Part shown: positions 58,940 through 64,000 of the stretch, piece by piece | How the letters are laid out: each line of letters starts with the position of its first letter | How positions within the stretch are numbered: position 1 is the stretch's first letter | IMG/VR virus record: IMGVR_UViG_3300025426_000021 | Coordinates: 20,229 to 84,228 of that record | Strand: one strand, 5' to 3' | DNA from: a virus | Lineage: Duplodnaviria; Caudoviricetes | Length of the DNA: 64,000 bases | Translations under genes and position numbers: made by a program | Notes under the pieces: generated by a model | What the model was told of the DNA's origin: nothing | Databases searched by the model: none | What the model saw: only the letters and a program-made list of their open reading frames with translations

Positions 58940-59203
58940 ATGAAACAAGAAATAAAATTCACATATACGTTAGAGCATACTGATGACGACACCAACGTTA
59001 GTGTACCTTGTAAGATTGAAATTACACTTGATGGTCAAGTTGGTTTAGAAGAACTAACAGAACAGTTTAATGCTTTTGTTAGGGCTATGGGTTATTATCC
59101 GTCAGACAACTGTGTACTTGATTGGGTAGATATTGAAACTGGTCAACCACCTGAAGATGATGAGGTTGCCAATATTAGTATAAAGCGTAAATTTAAAAAA
59201 TGA
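58940..59203 (+). CDS. Small acidic hypothetical protein
   Basis: 87 aa; contains FNAFVRAMGY. Confidence 0.6.
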   Translation: MKQEIKFTYTLEHTDDDTNVSVPCKIEITLDGQVGLEELTEQFNAFVRAMGYYPSDNCVLDWVDIETGQPPEDDEVANISIKRKFKK

Positions 59204-59919
59204 GTCATTCTAAACTTAGCAAAATAGGTGTCATTGGTACACAGTGTGTAGGTAAATCTACACTTGTTGATGACATGATTATACAATGGTCACAACTTGT
59301 AAGACCTGAAAAATCTTATCGAGACCTTATTAAAAGCAAGAAACTCAAGATTAATAAAGAAGGCAATAAAAAATCTCAAGAAACTATACTTAATTTTCTT
59401 GTTGATGAAGCAATGGCTAACTACGGTAAAAAGAAAATGGTTTTCGATCGTACACCTATTGATAACTTGGTTTATTCTTTATGGTTGTTTGAAAAAGGCT
59501 TAGGAGATATTGATGAAGCTTTTATTGATAAATGTGTAAAGCAGGTGAGAGAAGCGGTCAAGTTCTACTCCGTTATCTTCTATATACCTTTAACTAAAGA
59601 AAACGATGTACTTCTTCAAATGAAGGAAAATAGAGATATAGACCCAGTGTATCGTGGTGAAATAGCATTATTATTTGATGGTTTATTTAAAGCTTGGGAA
59701 AGCGGTAAATCGGGATTTTTCGATGCTGATGATTGCCCGCCTATTATTCCGGTTTACGGAAATCCATTAGAACGTATTGCACAAATCTCATTATATATTA
59801 ATGAAAAGTGTGAGTTTTTTGGAGAAGAAGACTCTTTAATAGCAAAAGACATTAAAGAACAAGAACTCTTAGCTACTCAACTTGGATTACCACCTGATAA
59901 GAATCAGATTAAAATATAA
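59200..59919 (+). CDS. Second P-loop nucleotide kinase-like (AAA_28) protein
   Basis: GTQCVGKST, FDRTPIDNLVY, YSVIFYIP. Confidence 0.72.
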   Translation: MSHSKLSKIGVIGTQCVGKSTLVDDMIIQWSQLVRPEKSYRDLIKSKKLKINKEGNKKSQETILNFLVDEAMANYGKKKMVFDRTPIDNLVYSLWLFEKGLGDIDEAFIDKCVKQVREAVKFYSVIFYIPLTKENDVLLQMKENRDIDPVYRGEIALLFDGLFKAWESGKSGFFDADDCPPIIPVYGNPLERIAQISLYINEKCEFFGEEDSLIAKDIKEQELLATQLGLPPDKNQIKI

Positions 59920-59931
59920 TAAGTATATAAT

Positions 59932-60588
59932 ATGAAATTTAACGAAGCAGTTAACTATATCTCTGAAAACATGCTCGATGTAGAGATGGCTAAACCAAAG
60001 AATCCTGCTATCTTAGCAAGAGCAGCAGAACTTGAAAAACAAGGTCTTTCAAAAAATACAGCTTATGCTTATGCTCGTAAAGAGTTTAATGCAGGTAAAA
60101 TCGGTGACGGTGCTGCACCTGCCCCTAAAGCTTCAGCCCCTACTGGTGCTACTAAGATTGATCCTAGAGATCAAGAAAAAGTAGACGCTTTAGTTGCACA
60201 GGGAGTTGCACCAGAAGAGATCTACAAATCATTAAAAAATACTTTACCAGGTGAAAGACCTTTTGTTGGTAACATGCAAGATGTGCAAGCAATGATTAAT
60301 GCTGCTCAAGGAGAAGAGGCACCTGCTGATTTAGAAGAACCTCAAATCGATCCTGCTGAACTAAGGAAAGCAGCTATTAGAGATCGTTTAGCAAAGTTCG
60401 GTATGAAGGTTACTCCAGTAGATAAGAGCAAAGCTGCAGATAAGCTCAAGGCTTCTATTGGTAAAATTAAATCAAGAGGTAGAAAACCTTCTGGTGAAGA
60501 GCTAGCTGGTTTTAAAGAACCAGAACCTGAAGAAATCGTTGGCGGTACAGGAAGTCAAAACCCTTACGACTACGAAGGTCAGGATTGA
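59932..60588 (+). CDS. Late protein, candidate internal head protein
   Basis: TAAGTA 6 nt upstream; N-terminus MKFNEAVNYISE. Confidence 0.6.
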   Translation: MKFNEAVNYISENMLDVEMAKPKNPAILARAAELEKQGLSKNTAYAYARKEFNAGKIGDGAAPAPKASAPTGATKIDPRDQEKVDALVAQGVAPEEIYKSLKNTLPGERPFVGNMQDVQAMINAAQGEEAPADLEEPQIDPAELRKAAIRDRLAKFGMKVTPVDKSKAADKLKASIGKIKSRGRKPSGEELAGFKEPEPEEIVGGTGSQNPYDYEGQD

Positions 60589-61034
60589 GTTAAGTATTTT
60601 TCGGTAAGAACTACAAACTTCATACCTTTTTTAGCCGCGTACTCACTCGCGGCTTTCCATTTGCTCTGATTCTTGTGCCACATTAACTGTTCGTACAGTA
60701 TAGTGCTTTTTCTTTTTCTATCATTAGATTGTGGTGGTTGAGTTTGAGAGTGTGGTTTTAACTCAATCAAATATTTTTGTACTGTACCGTCTTTTTCCTT
60801 GATTGCTGCTACTAAATCTACATAATAGTTATGTACTTTATTATCAATACTACTATAATAAGGAACAACTATGCCCTCACTTACCCAAGCAGTAACATTT
60901 GGATTTTGATCAAAGAATAAAAAGAAATCTCTTTCTAATGAAGACCTATACACAGGATTACCATTACCCATATATTTGTTTTTGTTAATAGGGGTATAAA
61001 TTCCTTGAATATATTTGCTATTCTTTGAAGACAT
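60579..61034 (-). CDS. Head completion nuclease (T4 gp4-like)
   Basis: G.YTP.N..KY.G, YRSSLE, VPY.S..DNKVHNYYVD, IELKP..QT.PP, NQSKWKAA, F.VLTE. Confidence 0.88.
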   Translation of the reverse strand: MSSKNSKYIQGIYTPINKNKYMGNGNPVYRSSLERDFFLFFDQNPNVTAWVSEGIVVPYYSSIDNKVHNYYVDLVAAIKEKDGTVQKYLIELKPHSQTQPPQSNDRKRKSTILYEQLMWHKNQSKWKAASEYAAKKGMKFVVLTEKYLTQS

Positions 61035-61055
61035 ATTATATTATATATTTACTTT

Positions 61056-62072
61056 ATGATTATACCGCAAAACTTTGTAATACAGACGTTCTATCAGTAT
61101 ACAAAGCGTCCTACGTATAAAAAGAATACTAACACGTATACTGGCGAATGTCCATACTGTCATGAAGGTAAGAGTGCTGGTAAGAAACGCAGGTTTTTCT
61201 ATATTCCTGAAGACGATCACCTATACTGTCATAACTGTAATGAAAGTAAGAACGGATTAGAGTTTGTTAAAGAAATGACTAACTTGCCTCTGTGCGAAAT
61301 ACTCTCTCAAGCCGGTTCTCATGCAGATACAGTAGAAGATGTTATTAAGAAGTCAGACTTTTATAAGAAAGCTAACCCTAATCCTTTACCATACGATAGT
61401 ATAAACTTATTCGACAGTAATCAGGTATCGTTTTATAAAGAGAACCAGGTAGTTAAGGATGCTCTTGAGTTTATCAATAAGAGACGCTTAAACACTGCTA
61501 TAAACAAACCTAAATCGCTTTGGATTAGCTTAACTGACGTTACTCATAAAAATAGAGTAGTGTTTCCGTTTTATAATACAGAAGGTAAGATTGTAACCTA
61601 TCAATCAAGAGCATTGTATAAAGAGGATGAAGATAAAGCAAAGTATCTATCTAAAGTTAACAGCGATAAAGGGGTATTTAATCTAGATAAAGTATCGCCT
61701 GATATAGAATATATATTCTTACAAGAAGGCCCTATTGATGCTATGTTTTTACGTAATAGTGTAGCACTAGCTGGTATTCACCCTACTGAAGAACAGTTAG
61801 AGTTAATACAAAAATCATACCCTATGCACGAACTAGTATATGTACTAGACAATCAGTGGGTTGATGTTACTTCTTATAAAGTAACTAAAGAGTTATTAGA
61901 TAGAGGAGAGTCGGTGTTTATTTGGCCTAAAGAATATAGTCAGTATAAAGACTTAAACGAGCTTTGTACCAAACAAAAGCAGGATGAAATACCGCACAAC
62001 AATATACTACAAAATACCTTTAAAGGTATGAGAGGTTTTATACAGTATTCTTTAGTTAAAAAGCCGGTTTAA
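61056..62072 (+). CDS. DNA primase (gp61-like)
   Basis: CPYC...CHNC zinc finger, RVVFPF, YQSR, KYL, EGPIDAMF, VLDN (TOPRIM), KDLNE. Confidence 0.92.
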   Translation: MIIPQNFVIQTFYQYTKRPTYKKNTNTYTGECPYCHEGKSAGKKRRFFYIPEDDHLYCHNCNESKNGLEFVKEMTNLPLCEILSQAGSHADTVEDVIKKSDFYKKANPNPLPYDSINLFDSNQVSFYKENQVVKDALEFINKRRLNTAINKPKSLWISLTDVTHKNRVVFPFYNTEGKIVTYQSRALYKEDEDKAKYLSKVNSDKGVFNLDKVSPDIEYIFLQEGPIDAMFLRNSVALAGIHPTEEQLELIQKSYPMHELVYVLDNQWVDVTSYKVTKELLDRGESVFIWPKEYSQYKDLNELCTKQKQDEIPHNNILQNTFKGMRGFIQYSLVKKPV

Positions 62073-62875
62073 CGAGAAGTAATGCGGCTAGTAGCATCAT
62101 GAATCTTTTTACCAGAACTTGTAACAACAGTCTTAAACAGTTCTGCTAAACCACGTAAATTTTCAGCTAACTTAGTGATACGTTTTTCTTCACGACGAAC
62201 AATGCCCTTAAAAGGAATAGAGTTACGCATTTCTAACGCATTAATCTGCGCATTTAAACTGCTTTCATCTGTACCGTTAATAAAAGTAGCCATATCATCA
62301 AGCTTCTTAATCCATTCACGTGCTTTAGCTACGCCTTCTGTATCAAGTTTAAGAGCTGGGTTCTTTGCTCCATCAAAAGCATCTGGCTTGGTATTAGGAT
62401 CTAAAGTCTTACCGTATGCTGCTTTTTCAGCATCAGCATCATTCGTTACTGGTGCAGGGGCAGGAGCTGAAGCAGCGTTTGTTGGAGCTGGCTTAGCTTC
62501 CATATTTGTCATTAAATGTTCTTTAATGGTTTCTTTTTGTACATTTTTAGCAAACTGGGCCATGTGCTTCATGTGCGGGTTTTTGCTATGTAAAGCTTTA
62601 TTTAATTTTGCAGCAGGAATCTTTTCACCTTGCTTTACATGTAGTGCTTTATGAAGACCGCCTTTTTTAACATGTGCATGTTGAATCCATTTTTTATCTT
62701 TTTCTGTTTCTAGTTTATGACCAGTAACCTTTATATTTTTATCTGTACCAGGAACTTTCATAGTACTTTTATGGTTTTTTTCAGCTGCATTCAAAGCACC
62801 AGTAAAAGCGGTACCTTCTTTATCTAGATCTTCTTTGAGGGATTGGACGAATGCATCTTGAAACAAGTTTTTCAT
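62069..62875 (-). CDS. Late protein with basic His/Lys-rich insert, candidate head protein
   Basis: ATG 62875 lies 6 nt after TAAATA; N-terminus MKNLFQDAFVQSLKED. Confidence 0.6.
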   Translation of the reverse strand: MKNLFQDAFVQSLKEDLDKEGTAFTGALNAAEKNHKSTMKVPGTDKNIKVTGHKLETEKDKKWIQHAHVKKGGLHKALHVKQGEKIPAAKLNKALHSKNPHMKHMAQFAKNVQKETIKEHLMTNMEAKPAPTNAASAPAPAPVTNDADAEKAAYGKTLDPNTKPDAFDGAKNPALKLDTEGVAKAREWIKKLDDMATFINGTDESSLNAQINALEMRNSIPFKGIVRREEKRITKLAENLRGLAELFKTVVTSSGKKIHDATSRITSR

Positions 62876-62898
62876 ATACATTATTTACTACTTTTTTA

Positions 62899-62926
62899 TT
62901 GAATTTCTATAAATCTACACTATTAT
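62899..62926 (+). promoter_or_regulatory. Sigma70-type promoter TTGAAT-N16-TATTAT for queC
   Basis: Matches the recurring consensus; 6 nt before ATG. Confidence 0.6.
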
Positions 62927-62932
62927 AACCAT

Positions 62933-63655
62933 ATGTCAAAAGCACTAGTCATATTATCAGGCGGTATGGATAGTACCGTATTATTACATTATGTAACTAA
63001 AACGCTCAAATACGATGAAGTATATGCTGTTACTTTTAACTACGGGCAGCGGATTGCTCGAGAGATTGAATGTGCTAAGTTTCAAGCTAAAGCGTGTAAT
63101 GTTAAAGAGCATAAAGTAATTAATATGGATTTCTTTAGAGATATCTCCACGATGTCTGCTTTAACTAATACTAATCTCAAAATACCGAAAGCTAAAGATG
63201 ATATCGGTAATGCACAGCCCTTGAGTTACGTTCCTTTTAGAAATTTACTTTTACTTACTTCAGCTGCTGGTTGGGCTGAATCTATTGGGGCTCAAGACCT
63301 GTTTTACGGTGCAGTAGAAACCGACGACTTTAGTGGTTATTGGGACTGCACGTCAATGTTTCTTAATAAGGTTAACGACATATACGGTCTTAATCGCAAA
63401 AACACGATCAAGGTTAATGCACCGTTTATGCGTTACTCTAAAGAAGAGGTTATTAAAACCGGTATTGACTTACAAGTAGACTTTAGACAAACACATACCT
63501 GTTATGAGGGTACTGACCCAGCTTGCGGGGAATGTGTATCATGTGCAGCACGCATCAAAGGTTTTATTGACAACAAAGCTATTGACCCTATTAAATATTC
63601 ACGTAACATTCCTTGGGAACAATACGATTGCAAACCTTTAACCTATTTAACATAA
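62933..63655 (+). CDS. queC: 7-cyano-7-deazaguanine (preQ0) synthase QueC
   Basis: LSGGMDST, FNYGQR, YVPFRN, GYWDC, THTCY, CGECVSC..R. Confidence 0.95.
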   Translation: MSKALVILSGGMDSTVLLHYVTKTLKYDEVYAVTFNYGQRIAREIECAKFQAKACNVKEHKVINMDFFRDISTMSALTNTNLKIPKAKDDIGNAQPLSYVPFRNLLLLTSAAGWAESIGAQDLFYGAVETDDFSGYWDCTSMFLNKVNDIYGLNRKNTIKVNAPFMRYSKEEVIKTGIDLQVDFRQTHTCYEGTDPACGECVSCAARIKGFIDNKAIDPIKYSRNIPWEQYDCKPLTYLT

Positions 63656-63656
63656 T

Positions 63657-64000
63657 ATGTGCGGTATAGCAGGTAGTAAAAATAAAGATATAGCTTTTAA
63701 GTTATACAAAGATAATCTTGCAAGAGGTTATTATAGTTCAGGTGCACTAACATTAGACTCTAATGATCAATACCACGTACACAAAACTGAAGGTATTTTT
63801 AATGAACCTATAGACTGTTTTAACCCGCCGGGTATAGACACTCACGGTCGTTACTTTTTATATCATTCCCGTGGCCCTACTGTTGAAACAAAATCATTTG
63901 AAGCGATAAACAATCACCCGTTCATTTATGGTGATTGGATAGTGGCTCATAACGGTATTATTAGTAATTTTGAGAGTTTATGTAGAGAGTATTTTCCCGA
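63657..64000 (+). CDS. Class II (Ntn) glutamine amidotransferase, 3'-truncated by window edge
   Basis: Translated by hand: MCGIAG...RGYYSSG...HSRGPT...NNHPF...VAHNGIISNF; starts 1 nt after the queC stop. Confidence 0.85.
   Translation, partial: MCGIAGSKNKDIAFKLYKDNLARGYYSSGALTLDSNDQYHVHKTEGIFNEPIDCFNPPGIDTHGRYFLYHSRGPTVETKSFEAINNHPFIYGDWIVAHNGIISNFESLCREYFP

Noticed and set aside
60579-61034. Possible TnsA-like transposase
   Set aside because: The motifs match T4 gp4 head completion protein, which shares the fold. No transposon ends or partner genes are present.

Overview
This is a 64 kb segment of a large, AT-rich T4-like myophage genome in the standard genetic code, probably infecting a diderm host. 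From left to right it holds: (1) a tail/baseplate module with sheath, four tandem tube-fold genes, hub proteins and a gp5-like spike; (2) an accessory island with a radical SAM enzyme, SDR, SGNH-like protein, GDP-sugar epimerase, outer-membrane beta-barrel, three tRNAs, a tmRNA, three sulfotransferase-like paralogs and a methyltransferase; (3) the T4-type replication/recombination core (RNase H, gp45, gp32, gp41, UvsX, gp43, gp46/47, gp55, UvsW, UvsY, gp61), with seven glycosyltransferase-like genes inserted around gp46; and (4) a dispersed 7-deazaguanine DNA-modification pathway (folE, queD, queE, queC, queF, a TGT/DpdA-like enzyme, a PurN-like formyltransferase, two P-loop kinases and a class II glutamine amidotransferase). 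Four signals stand out. First, a tightly coupled polymerase-dpdA-formyltransferase-kinase-queF operon suggests pre-replicative synthesis of a formyl-preQ1 nucleotide. Second, the G-free palindrome AATT is strongly avoided, and a guanine modification could not protect that site. Third, early and late promoters sit only about 5-8 nt from start codons, implying near-leaderless mRNAs. Fourth, the tmRNA encodes an unusually long tag of about 28 aa. All calls come from motif recognition by eye; no database searches were run.
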